DNA of 64,000 bases from positions 438 to 64,437 of the forward strand of contig JBGARB010000004.1 of NCBI GenBank assembly GCA_044230495.1. Direction: 5' to 3'. Each line of letters starts with the position of its first letter. The stretch's first letter is position 1. The notes under the pieces were generated by a model. The model did no database searches. It had not been told where the DNA came from and saw only the letters and a program-made list of their open reading frames with translations. The translations under genes were made by a program, and so were the position numbers. This document shows positions 20,143 to 32,744 of the stretch, piece by piece. The stretch comes from Rhodocyclaceae bacterium (GTDB taxonomy: Bacteria > Pseudomonadota > Gammaproteobacteria > Burkholderiales > Rhodocyclaceae).

Positions 20143-21619
20143 GTGCTGGCCGTCGCCGCCGCGCTGGTGGGCGAACGGATTGCCGGTGAGCGCGACGTCG
20201 CCCGCCACGAGCGACTGGTGACGGCGATGGCCGGACAACTCGCCGAAGGCGGCGTGCGCGCCAAGGTATTCGGCGCCATGATCGCGCTCGGGCAGATCAA
20301 CGCAGCGATACGCGAAACGGCGGCCGGTCGCCGGCCGCCCGACAATGCCGAGACCATCGAAGTGCTCCGGGCGCTCGATCAAGCGTTCGACCTGGGCAAT
20401 GCCTTCGTGACCAATCTCGATGGCGTGGTGGTTGCCTATCACGTCGACTCGGGCGTCTCCGGCAGCGGCCGCAACCTGTTCTTCCGCCCGTACATTCGTG
20501 CCGCGCTGTCGGGGACGCCCGCCATGTACGCCGCGATGGGCACCGCCACGGGCGATCGCGGCATCTACGTCGCCGCGCCGATCCCGCAACGGCGGACCGC
20601 GCCCGGCGCCATCGAGGGCGAGCCCATCGGTGCCGTGGTGGCGAAAGTCTCGTTCGACGAAATCGACGAACTGCTCGACGCGGCGCCGATCCCGGTGGCG
20701 CTCGTTTCTCCGGAAGGCGTGGTGTTTGCGTCCAACCAGTTGTCTTGGCGCTCCCGCATCGTCGGCGCAAACGTCGATGCCGCCGCGGTGGCCAAGGATC
20801 CGCGTGCCGGCCGCGCTTACGATCTGATCCAGCCGCAGCGGCTCGACATCGCCGTGGACGGCACGCTTGAACTCGATGGCCAACGCCATCGCATGGTGGC
20901 CCTCGATGTCGATTGGCACGATCCGCAGGGCAACTGGCGCCTGCTGGGTTTCGCCAATGCCGGCGCCAGCTACGGCTGGCCCGGTCGCGCCATCGTCGGC
21001 CTGACGACGTTCCTGCTCGTTCTGCTCGCCTTGCAGTGGCGAGCGGCGCATCGCGCAGCGCACGGCCGAACTGGAAATCGCCAACCGCAAGCTGGCCGCA
21101 TTGTCCGCCACCGATCCGCTGACCGGGCTCGCCAACCGCCGGCGCTTCGACGAGGCGCTGGCGACCGAGACGCTGCAGGCAAGGCGCGCCGGCAAGCCGA
21201 TGGCGCTGGCGATGATCGACGTCGACCATTTCAAGAAATTCAACGACCTCTATGGCCACCAGGGCGGTGACGACACGCTGCGCCAGGTCGCCGCGGTCAT
21301 GGCCGCACACGCCCGACGTCCGAGCGACCTCATCGCCCGCTATGGCGGCGAGGAGATCGCGATGATCCTGCCGGAGACGCCGATCGACGACGCACTGCGC
21401 ATCCTGGACGCCATCCGCGCCGACATCGAAACCCGCCAGCTGCCGCATGCGGGCGCGCCGCTGGGCCACGTTTCCGTCAGCATCGCCATCGCCGCGCTGA
21501 ACGCGCCGCTGCCCGACGCAGCGGCCGTGCTGATCGCGGCCGCCGATCAGGCGCTTTATCGCGCCAAGGACGGCGGACGCAACCGCGTTGTCGTGGCGGG
21601 CAGCGCGATCGCGCGATAG
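20143..21619 (+). pseudogene. diguanylate cyclase (periplasmic sensor domain - TM - GGDEF) with an apparent frameshift near 21040
   Basis: Frame 1 (20143..) encodes a sensor domain and the TM helix GRAIVGLTTFLLVLLALQW. The natural continuation, ERRIAQRTAELEIANRKLAALSATDPLTGLANRR...RYGGEEIA (GGDEF), is in frame 2 from about 21041 to the stop at 21619. The true N-terminus is probably upstream of 20143: an in-frame TM helix starts near 20080, but no ATG/GTG/TTG is present there. This could be a sequencing error rather than decay. Confidence 0.55.
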
Positions 21620-21644
21620 CGCCGTGTCACCACCACTGTAGTTT
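21620..21644 (-). repeat. 25-bp dispersed repeat, copy 5 (AAACTACAGTGGTGGTGACACGGCG)
   Basis: Fills most of the 34-nt convergent spacer between the GGDEF gene stop (21619) and the uvrA stop (21654). Confidence 0.9.
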
Positions 21645-21653
21645 GCGGGGGCG

Positions 21654-24521
<2,868 letters not shown>

Positions 24522-24560
24522 GGGGCGCAGGGCGAAAAGGGAAGCCGGGCAATATACAGG

Positions 24561-25253
24561 CTAGCGCTCGATCGGCGTAATGGTCAGACTGTCCGGCCCG
24601 GAGCGCACGTGGATCAGCAGTTCCGCGCGCACGGCACGCCGTCCGATCCGGGCCGGGAAGTAGCGGGCGCCTGCGAAGGCCGCGGCGGCCTCCGCTGACA
24701 GCGCCGCTTCGATGGCCGACAGCACGACGACGGAGTCGACGCTGCCGCCGTCGCTGATGCGGACTGAAAGCAGCGTTTCCGACACAGGATAGAGACGCCC
24801 CGCCTCTTCACGCAGTACCGGTGCCTGCAGCACTGGCCGCTGTGTCAGCTCCGACAACCGGTGATAGTGCGGCAACGCGGCCGACGCCAGGTCAGCCAGT
24901 GCCACGCGATCGGTTCCCATGGCATCCGTCAGTCCATCTGTCGGTCGCACTGCCGGTATCGGCGGCGGATGGAACGAAACAGCAGGCCTTGGCGACACTT
25001 CCGTCCCCGACATGATGGATTCATGTGTTGCCTGGTCGCTGCGCGCAAGGGCAACGGCGTCCCTTACTTCCGACACGGCGCTACCTGCTTGCCCTTCCGG
25101 TCGGGACGCCAGGCTGCCGACCACGAACGCCCACGATTGGGCGGGGCCGGCCTCCCGGGCCAGCCCCGCCGGTGTCACCGGAACATAGAGCAGCGAACCG
25201 TGCAGCAACAACGAGCCAAGCAATGCCCCCGCTAGTTCGTGATCTCGCGCCAT
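24561..25253 (-). CDS. hypothetical protein with a weak TonB C-terminal-like domain; last gene of the pilus operon
   Basis: Taken from ORF 24561..25703, trimmed to MARDHELAGALLGSLLLHG (ATG 25253), which overlaps the pilY1 stop by 22 nt. It has an N-terminal TM helix, a Pro-rich middle and a C-terminal ~80 aa that resembles TonB_C by eye only. Confidence 0.4.
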   Translation of the reverse strand: MARDHELAGALLGSLLLHGSLLYVPVTPAGLAREAGPAQSWAFVVGSLASRPEGQAGSAVSEVRDAVALARSDQATHESIMSGTEVSPRPAVSFHPPPIPAVRPTDGLTDAMGTDRVALADLASAALPHYHRLSELTQRPVLQAPVLREEAGRLYPVSETLLSVRISDGGSVDSVVVLSAIEAALSAEAAAAFAGARYFPARIGRRAVRAELLIHVRSGPDSLTITPIER

Positions 25254-28200
25254 GTCAGGCGGCGGCCTTCCGGATTGCCGATGGCGATAGGCGGCTCCAG
25301 CGTGATGGTCTCCGCGTCGGACAAGGTCGCAATCACCTTCGTCTTGCCGCTGGGCAGTCGGATCACGTTGATGCCGACCGCCAGCGCATCGGCGAGGCGT
25401 TGGCCGACCTTGCCGTCCGCAATACCGCAGCCGTTGCGCAGGTCGAAGTAGTTCAGCCAGCTGTAGCCCCCGACATTGCAGGCCTGCGGATCCGGCACGT
25501 TGGAGGCGACAATCAGCGTACCCAACTGGATCTGCATATCGACGTTCACCCGCTCCTTGCTGTCGGGCAGGTTGACGTACCAGCCATTCGGCGTCGAATT
25601 CGTGCAGCTCGTGACGGTACGAATCTGCGATGCCCCTGATCCGGTTTGCGTGACCGTCTGTGCGATGAGGTCGGTACGTCCATTGACGACCACCGGAGCG
25701 CACGCAGATGCGGGTTCGGTCATCGGATCCTTGATGCCATAGACCGACTGCACTTGCGTCGAAGTCATGTCGGTGCTGCCCAGGTAGCGGCCGGTTCCGA
25801 CATAGACGAAGATTTCCGTGCCCACCAGCGAGACGAGCGGCTTGACGGTGATCGGTTGCGGCGTGCCGCCCGCATCGGTCACGGTGATCAGCTTGGTCGC
25901 CTCCAGACCCGTCGGCGCGATGCTGTCATTGACATCGAATCGCCACACATTGCCGGCCATGTCGGCGCCGTAGATATGGCTGACCGTGTTGTTGATGATC
26001 GGGTCGGCCGCTGACCAGCCGGCGATCTTCATCAGGTTCGACGGCGTGCCGGCGGACCCTTCGCAGGTGACGATGTCGCTGAGCAGTGCGCCCGTCACCG
26101 CGTTGAGGACGTACAGGTGTCCCTTGCCGTCGGCGTTGTTCACTCCGGAGGTCACGAATACCGCCCACGTGCCGTCAGCCAGCTTGCCGATCAGCGGATT
26201 GCCGTAGCTGTAGCCGAGGTTGGCATCGGTGAATTCCCACAGCGCCTTGGGAGCCGCCGGATCGGTGACATCCAGCGCGTAGTACGACTTGCCGCCCTTG
26301 TTCAGCCCGCCGACGACGATCGTGCGCCAGTTGGTGCCATCGAACACGTCTCCCGCAACCGGCGAGCCGTCCACCAGGAAGCGGTGTGCCGTGGCGTAAT
26401 CACGATTGGTAAGCTTGTGCAATTCCGGCAGGACAGCGCGCGGCATGAATGCCCACGCCTCGCTTCCGTCATTGCCGTTGAAGGCATGCAACATGCCGTC
26501 ATTGGACGCCACATACACCATCGATGCCCGCGACGCATTCGCGGACTTGAACGCCGCGTAGCCCGTGTCTTCGTACAGCGCAAACGGTTTGCGCACGAAC
26601 AGCGGCTGGGCATTGACGATGTCGCCCAACACCGTATCGAGGTCGGTGTCGCCCCGCTTGCGGTAGAACTGCGTCGACGAAGCGGCATCCCATGCGTCCG
26701 CATTGCTGTTGACTTCATTGCCTCGCTGACCGCGGATGAAGTTCACCATCCGGTAGCCGGCCGCCGCCGCGCGCTGGTTGTAGGTCGTACCGGAACCATC
26801 TCCCATGTCCGGGTACTGGCCGAGGCTCGAGACCTGCGTGCTGCCGAAGTAGCCCTGCTCGGTGGCGTCCAGGGTCGTCACGGCTGCGCCGGTCGGGTTC
26901 TTGCTGCCGTCGCACGCATAGGTGTTCCACTTGAAGTCGACCATGTTGTCAGTCGCACCCGAGCGGAAGAGCTTGATCGTCCGCGTATCGCAGGCGCCGC
27001 CCACCTTGTTGTTGAGCTGCGTGGCCGCGGTCCAGACCGATGCATCCAGCACCTGTCCCTCGACCACGTTTTCGCCATCGACGACGCCATCGGCAAGCGC
27101 AATCGCATGCGCCTCGATATCGCCATACCAGGATTGCGTCTTGTACTTCGCGAGGTAAGCAAAGTTGTCGCCGGCCACCGGCTCCAGGTTCGATGTGGCG
27201 GCCGCCGCGGCAGATGCCACGCGGGCGTTCAGGCCGGAAAGTGCAGTGCGCAGGGAGGACGCCACCGATTCCGGGTCGGACGCGCTGAAGTACTGGCCAC
27301 GACCGTTCACCGCCGCATGCCAGAGGTCGTCCAGTGCCGACGGACTGTCGGCTGAGGGCGCCGGCCAGTTCAGCGTGCCCTCGCGAATCGCGCCGAAATT
27401 GCCGTCCGCCGCGGTCTGCTGCTGCTTGTAATTCTGCGCGTAGGCGATGGTGCCGGACAGGCCGAGACCCAGGGTATAGGTGGACATGTGCTGCCAGGTC
27501 GCGCGGTCAGCCTCGACATCGGAGCCGGCAGCCGGCACGTTGTTCTCGAGCGTCGGACGCAGGTCATTGACGTAGTAGTACTGCGCGACATCGGCCAGCG
27601 TGCCGTTGGCACCGGCGGTGAGCGCGCCATAGCTCACGCACGGCCACGCGGTACACGGCGCGGTCGGGAGGGGGGGCTCCGGGTCGACAGGGCGGCGCGG
27701 ATTCGGTGTTGGCGCGGTCGGGGTGCCACTGGCGGTTGGCATGCAGGTGCCTTCAGGGGCCGCCATGTTGGTCCATGCCGAATAGCTGTTGGTGACGGTC
27801 GGCGAGCCGACGTCGACACCACCGCTGGTGTTCTGCGTCGTGGTCGTCGTTTGTGTGCGGTACTGGATGCGATTGCCCGGATCGGAGCCCGAGCCCGGAT
27901 CGCAGATCACCTCCACGCCACTGCCATCTGGTCCTGATGGCGTACAGGAAGCCACATTGGTCCAGTCCTGAATCACGATCGACTGGCAGAAATTCGTGGG
28001 GGTGGCAACGCAGGGCCCGGTGGTATTCGTCCATGGCCCGCCGCTGATGATGTCACAGGTCACGCGCACGCCGCCGGCATTGGACTCAGTGCACGAGGGC
28101 GCATTCGGCTCGGTGGAAACCGTAATTTCCCGACAGTCCCGGCGATTCGTGCCGCTGTTGTCCACTGTGCAGGACGATGCATTGACCCAGCCGTTCCACA

Positions 28201-29911
28201 CCACGCTGCAGGTGCGCGCCGTACCGGCCGTGTAGTTCGTCGGTCCGGGGCTTTGCGCCACCGGCGTGCAGCTGCTGGTCGTGCCCTGATCGGTATAGGC
28301 CGTGTATTGGCATTGGCGGGCGAGCGCCCACACCGCGCCGTTGGCCGTGCTCGTCTGCTCGTTCACCACGGTGCAGGAGGACTGGTTCGACCAGGATGAC
28401 CAGGATGCGGCATAGCGGCAGTCACGCCGGCTACTTCCGCTCGCATCGATCGTGCAGCTTGACGTGCCGCCGCTGCCGGTGGCCGCCCATCCAGTCCAGG
28501 TGGCACCGCTGTTGGCCGAGGTTCGCGTTTCCAGTGTCCGCTGACGACGCTGCAGATAGGACTCGTAGTAATGCTGCTGGCCGTCATTGCTTTGCAATTG
28601 GTAGATCGTCTTCGTGATCGACCCACTCTGCTGCTGCCATTGCAGCGTGCGCTGCCGGTCAACCGTCACCGTGCAGGCGGCGACCTGATAGTGATTCAGC
28701 TTGTCGATCGTCGTGCGCACTTGCGATGCGCCGTCGAACATCGGGCGACCGCTGATCAGCAGACCTGTCCCTTGCGCGTCTGTCGCCGTGACGTTGCTGT
28801 CGTAGGTCTGCGTATCCATCGAACTGCCATCCAGCGTCGAACCGCCGCCGCCGTTCCAGTATCCGTCAGTGGTCAGGATGGTGAAATTTTGCTGGCAGGA
28901 ATACTGCACCGGATCGTCCGCTGCCGACGGAATCATGCCGGCGTTGATGCCGTCGTTCTTGCCGGCGAAGTAACGGCCGACGCGCGACAGTGCCGGGCGC
29001 AGCGGCGTCGAGCCGCTGGTCGAGGCGCCGTAAAGCTTGTCGAACCAGCTGCGCTTCTGTTCGCCGACATTGACCCCTTCAAAAGGCGCCGGCTTGAGGA
29101 ACTTGCTGGCGTTGATGGTTGCTGGATCGCCGGTCATCGGATTGATGGTGATGAAACCTACGCGGTAACGGTTGTTGATGCCGTCGAAGGCCTCGCCGAC
29201 GGCTGCCTTCATCATCATCAGGCGCTTGCGGTAATAGCTGTACCAGTTGGCGAAATTGGTGCGCTCGTCCGTTCCACCGGGGCCGGATGTGGCTGAAACC
29301 ACCCTCTTTGTCCAGGAGCCGCCGCTCGGGTCGGCGATTGTGTTGGGCCAGGACCATGGCTGTTCGGTTGTGTTTTGTGACGCATCGACCTTGATCGTGC
29401 AGGACGATGACAGCGGTGACAGCTTCGTGATCGCAGACACGCCGTCGAAGGCCGTGCCGCCAAACGACTGCTTCGAATGCACGTAGTAGTAGGCGGGCTG
29501 AGGAGAGCTGTCGAACGGATCCCAACGGCCCTGATGCGCAAAGGACGTGGACAGGTCATTTGTGCACCCCGGTGAACTGCTGTAGCCGTTGGTGCAGGCT
29601 GCGGTAAATGTACGACTCGCCTTGCGCGTGCCATCGGCGTTCTTGGGTGGCAGGTAGGTAAGGTTCGGGTTGTAATAGACGGTGTTGCATTCCCAGTTGC
29701 GTGCGCCAACGTCGTTCAGTCGATCATCCAGCGCGTCCGGCATGAACATCCAGTCCATCGACCCGGAATCGTCGAGCACGAACATCACGTTCGGCTTGAC
29801 GTCGGCAGAGGTTACGGAAACCAGCGGCTGGTCGGAAAGATCGGCCAGCGCGGCGTAGGCCACGGGCGCTGCCATGGTCAGCAGCGCACAGGCGAGAAGG
29901 CGTCGTTTCAT
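25232..29911 (-). CDS. pilY1: type IV pilus tip-associated adhesin PilY1 (vWA domain + Cys-rich insert + C-terminal PilY1/PilC propeller), 1559 aa
   Basis: Trimmed to MKRRLLACALLTMAAPVAYA (signal peptide, ATG 29911). A vWA MIDAS motif (VMFVLDDSGSMDW) is present. The long C-terminal region is typical of PilY1, and the gene follows pilX as in fimU-pilVWXY1E operons. Confidence 0.85.
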   Translation of the reverse strand: MKRRLLACALLTMAAPVAYAALADLSDQPLVSVTSADVKPNVMFVLDDSGSMDWMFMPDALDDRLNDVGARNWECNTVYYNPNLTYLPPKNADGTRKASRTFTAACTNGYSSSPGCTNDLSTSFAHQGRWDPFDSSPQPAYYYVHSKQSFGGTAFDGVSAITKLSPLSSSCTIKVDASQNTTEQPWSWPNTIADPSGGSWTKRVVSATSGPGGTDERTNFANWYSYYRKRLMMMKAAVGEAFDGINNRYRVGFITINPMTGDPATINASKFLKPAPFEGVNVGEQKRSWFDKLYGASTSGSTPLRPALSRVGRYFAGKNDGINAGMIPSAADDPVQYSCQQNFTILTTDGYWNGGGGSTLDGSSMDTQTYDSNVTATDAQGTGLLISGRPMFDGASQVRTTIDKLNHYQVAACTVTVDRQRTLQWQQQSGSITKTIYQLQSNDGQQHYYESYLQRRQRTLETRTSANSGATWTGWAATGSGGTSSCTIDASGSSRRDCRYAASWSSWSNQSSCTVVNEQTSTANGAVWALARQCQYTAYTDQGTTSSCTPVAQSPGPTNYTAGTARTCSVVWNGWVNASSCTVDNSGTNRRDCREITVSTEPNAPSCTESNAGGVRVTCDIISGGPWTNTTGPCVATPTNFCQSIVIQDWTNVASCTPSGPDGSGVEVICDPGSGSDPGNRIQYRTQTTTTTQNTSGGVDVGSPTVTNSYSAWTNMAAPEGTCMPTASGTPTAPTPNPRRPVDPEPPLPTAPCTAWPCVSYGALTAGANGTLADVAQYYYVNDLRPTLENNVPAAGSDVEADRATWQHMSTYTLGLGLSGTIAYAQNYKQQQTAADGNFGAIREGTLNWPAPSADSPSALDDLWHAAVNGRGQYFSASDPESVASSLRTALSGLNARVASAAAAATSNLEPVAGDNFAYLAKYKTQSWYGDIEAHAIALADGVVDGENVVEGQVLDASVWTAATQLNNKVGGACDTRTIKLFRSGATDNMVDFKWNTYACDGSKNPTGAAVTTLDATEQGYFGSTQVSSLGQYPDMGDGSGTTYNQRAAAAGYRMVNFIRGQRGNEVNSNADAWDAASSTQFYRKRGDTDLDTVLGDIVNAQPLFVRKPFALYEDTGYAAFKSANASRASMVYVASNDGMLHAFNGNDGSEAWAFMPRAVLPELHKLTNRDYATAHRFLVDGSPVAGDVFDGTNWRTIVVGGLNKGGKSYYALDVTDPAAPKALWEFTDANLGYSYGNPLIGKLADGTWAVFVTSGVNNADGKGHLYVLNAVTGALLSDIVTCEGSAGTPSNLMKIAGWSAADPIINNTVSHIYGADMAGNVWRFDVNDSIAPTGLEATKLITVTDAGGTPQPITVKPLVSLVGTEIFVYVGTGRYLGSTDMTSTQVQSVYGIKDPMTEPASACAPVVVNGRTDLIAQTVTQTGSGASQIRTVTSCTNSTPNGWYVNLPDSKERVNVDMQIQLGTLIVASNVPDPQACNVGGYSWLNYFDLRNGCGIADGKVGQRLADALAVGINVIRLPSGKTKVIATLSDAETITLEPPIAIGNPEGRRLTWREITN

Positions 29912-29924
29912 GATCGCTCCTGGA

Positions 29925-30581
29925 TCAGAACATCGTGGTTTGCGTGAAGGCGACCGCGTTGCGCGGCCCGCGAACGCGGGTGGTGATGCGGTAATAGGGC
30001 CGCATCGTCGTCGAAAGCTGTTGCGTGCCGTAGGTGATCGTCCCATGGCCACCGCTGCCACCGCCCGTCTGCAGCGCCAGCACGCAGCTTTGGCCCGATG
30101 CATCGATCGAACCAATGCGATCGCACAGCCGATGCACGACATAGCGAACGCTATTGCCGGCGGCATCGAGATCATCGTCACCGTCACCATCGGTGTCCGT
30201 CACCAGAATGCTCTGGTTGGTACCTTCCCAGTCGTAGGTGAAGGGATCGAAACGCGACGGTGTGGCCGAAGCATTGCAATTGGTCGCACTGGCCACATCA
30301 GTCTGATCGTTGTAGCAGTGGGCGGGGAAATAGCCCGGAAAGGCCGCAAAGAGGGCCGATCCGGTCTGGTTCATCAGCCAGTCGCGCGCCACTTCCTGGC
30401 CGCTGTCGGCACCGGCGATGGCGGAATTGGTAAACGTGAGGTTGCCGGAAATCATCGCGCTGGCCGCCAGCTTGCGGAACATCGCGACGCCGGAGAGCAT
30501 CATCGCGCCGAGGATGATGATGGCGATGATCAGTGAAACGCCCTGCTGGGCGCGCCGGCCGGTCAATGATCGTGCGCTCAT
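29925..30581 (-). CDS. pilX: type IV pilus minor pilin PilX
   Basis: Trimmed to MSARSLTGRRAQQGVSLIIAIIILGAMMLSGVAMF (PilX N-terminal type). The start overlaps the pilW stop. Confidence 0.7.
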   Translation of the reverse strand: MSARSLTGRRAQQGVSLIIAIIILGAMMLSGVAMFRKLAASAMISGNLTFTNSAIAGADSGQEVARDWLMNQTGSALFAAFPGYFPAHCYNDQTDVASATNCNASATPSRFDPFTYDWEGTNQSILVTDTDGDGDDDLDAAGNSVRYVVHRLCDRIGSIDASGQSCVLALQTGGGSGGHGTITYGTQQLSTTMRPYYRITTRVRGPRNAVAFTQTTMF

Positions 30582-31678
30582 GCTGCGACATTCCTCCAGA
30601 TCATGTTGCGCAGGGGAACCATGACTTCCTGCACCTGATACTTGTAGTGCCGCCAGTTGTTGATGGCGGCGCCACCGGCGCCCGAATCGGCCGTGCCGTC
30701 GACATTGCGCATCGTGAAGGCGCCGCCCGCCCACCCTGGCGCGGTGGTCGTCACCGGCGCGTTGGCGCGCTCCTGCCCGCGAATGAGGATGGCAAAGCGG
30801 ATCAGGCGCAACTGCTCCCAAGCGGCGGCATTGGCGGGCGTCGTCGCCGTCCACGTGTCGGCGGCTGTATCACCGTCCGTATCGAGGCCGTACTCGGCCT
30901 GCAGGTCGACCACGTTATCCACCACATCGCCCCATGCGGGCGGCGCGGCATGATCGTTGAGCAGATTGGCCCGTACCAAGCGGTTGTTGTCAATCGCCCA
31001 CGCATTCAGGCGCGGCGAGAACTGCCAATCATTGGCGGGCATCACGGGTGCTTTGCCCAGGTTATGCAGAACGGCATTCGATGCCGGAAAGGTCAGAGTG
31101 ACGGCCGTTGAGCCGCTGAACCGGCCAAACCCTGCCGCATGAAGAATCTGCGGCGCCGCATCCGCGCCTTGCGCGACTGTCGCGGCACTGACATGCATCA
31201 ACCGGCAACCCGACGCCGATGCGAGTACGACAAGGTCGTTCTGCTCGATGCCGCCGCGCGCATCAAGCAGCGTATCGCCGGCCGCCGATGACTGCACGAT
31301 GTAAGTAGACGAAGGCGCCTGCGAACTGCCGTAAAGCACATGGATCTGGTCCGGTGCGCCTCCAGCGCCGTCGATGATCCGGACGGGCGCGAGCGGGAAG
31401 GTAAAAGCCGTACCGTTGTCGCTCGCGGCGACGCTGCAGCCGAAATAGGTGGTGCCGGCTATCGGTTCGCCGGTGATGCCCATGCCGCCATTGCGGATGT
31501 CGCGTTCGAGCTGGAAGGCTGCGACAGTGCCCGATACCTGCGCCTCGCCGCCAGACGACAAGGCGCGCTTGTTGCGATCGAAATCTTCTTGGGTACGCAG
31601 GATCATGAACATGCCGATGATGCCGATGAAGGCACCGATCAACACCTCGAGAATGGTGAAACCGCCTTGCCGCTTCAT
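30578..31678 (-). CDS. pilW: type IV pilus minor pilin PilW
   Basis: MKRQGGFTILEVLIGAFIG prepilin-type N-terminus; 366 aa; lies between pilV and pilX. Confidence 0.8.
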   Translation of the reverse strand: MKRQGGFTILEVLIGAFIGIIGMFMILRTQEDFDRNKRALSSGGEAQVSGTVAAFQLERDIRNGGMGITGEPIAGTTYFGCSVAASDNGTAFTFPLAPVRIIDGAGGAPDQIHVLYGSSQAPSSTYIVQSSAAGDTLLDARGGIEQNDLVVLASASGCRLMHVSAATVAQGADAAPQILHAAGFGRFSGSTAVTLTFPASNAVLHNLGKAPVMPANDWQFSPRLNAWAIDNNRLVRANLLNDHAAPPAWGDVVDNVVDLQAEYGLDTDGDTAADTWTATTPANAAAWEQLRLIRFAILIRGQERANAPVTTTAPGWAGGAFTMRNVDGTADSGAGGAAINNWRHYKYQVQEVMVPLRNMIWRNVAA

Positions 31679-32157
31679 GTCACGGTCCCCATCAGCACGT
31701 GCCGGCGCGGCACGGACAATCCTGGCTGCTGCCAGCAGACGACGATGCGCACCTGATTGACGCGCGATGGCGCCACCGCCGGGATCACGCGTACCTGACC
31801 GCTGGCTTGCGGCAGCGCCTGCGCAGCCTGCAGGTCGGCAACCCAGGTGGTGATGATCGCGTTGGCGGAATCCGCACCGCTGAACGCGCAGTCGGTGTCG
31901 CCACCCGTCGGTTGATGGTCGAAGGACGCGAGGTCGGCGTTGTAATTCACCATCGTGTCGCGACGGATATTGGCCTGGATTTCGGAGAACAGCCGGTTGG
32001 CGAAGTTGTTGGCTTCGACGCGATAGCCTGTATCGACATTCGTATTGATGGCCGCGGCCTGCAGGCCGATGAGGCCGAGGATGCCAAACGAAAAAAGGAC
32101 CAGTGCGATCAGCGCCTCGATGATCATCGAGCCTTGTTGAGACCTCATGATTCTCAT
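31675..32157 (-). CDS. pilV: type IV pilus minor pilin PilV
   Basis: MRIMRSQQGSMIIEALIALVLFSFGILG prepilin-like N-terminus; 160 aa; 4-nt overlaps on both sides. Confidence 0.8.
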   Translation of the reverse strand: MRIMRSQQGSMIIEALIALVLFSFGILGLIGLQAAAINTNVDTGYRVEANNFANRLFSEIQANIRRDTMVNYNADLASFDHQPTGGDTDCAFSGADSANAIITTWVADLQAAQALPQASGQVRVIPAVAPSRVNQVRIVVCWQQPGLSVPRRHVLMGTVT

Positions 32158-32744
32158 GGCGGGCAGGACCTCGGATCGTTCGCGTTCTCTGCGGTGGTTT
32201 TCGGGTCGCAGAGCTTCACCCGGCCGGTCGCCGTAACGGCCACTTGCAGGCAGCGCACCTTGCCGCCGGCGCCCTCATGGACACAACTGCCGTGCAGCGG
32301 GTAGGAAAGGTTGAAACGGGCTACGGTGACCGGAGTCGCCAGGATGCTGAGATTCGTGCCGCCCAGTGGCGTGAAAGGCACCACGCCGCTGTTGCTGCCG
32401 AGCACGACGCGTGACTGTCCGTCCTCGGCAAGTTTCAGTCCGGCGACGTATTCGCTGCGATCAGCGGGGCGCACCATCCAGCCTTCCGCGGCGGTATCGG
32501 GATCCGCCGTCGCGACGTCTTCGGGCGACGCCACGGTCTGCACCAGTTCGACCACGACATTGCGCGACGCGGCTTCGGCCTTGGCGCGCATCATGTCGGC
32601 GACTAGATTTTCGGCCGCCGCACGCACACGGCTGTTGACGAGGAAATCCTGAAAATACGGAATCGCGATCGCCATCAGGATGCCCATCAGCGCCACTGCG
32701 ACCATCATCTCGACCAGCGAGAACCCACGCTGCAAGGCACGCAT
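32154..32744 (-). CDS. fimT: GspH/FimT-family minor pilin
   Basis: Trimmed to MRALQRGFSLVEMMVAVALMGILMAIAIP (ATG 32744, sharing one base with the pilE stop codon). FimT versus FimU cannot be separated by eye. Confidence 0.7.
   Translation of the reverse strand: MRALQRGFSLVEMMVAVALMGILMAIAIPYFQDFLVNSRVRAAAENLVADMMRAKAEAASRNVVVELVQTVASPEDVATADPDTAAEGWMVRPADRSEYVAGLKLAEDGQSRVVLGSNSGVVPFTPLGGTNLSILATPVTVARFNLSYPLHGSCVHEGAGGKVRCLQVAVTATGRVKLCDPKTTAENANDPRSCPP

Noticed and set aside
24522-24600. A possible LexA/SOS box upstream of uvrA (…CTGTATATTGCC… on the gene strand).
   Set aside because: Only one CTGT half-site is present. No ACAG partner lies at the required 8-nt spacing.
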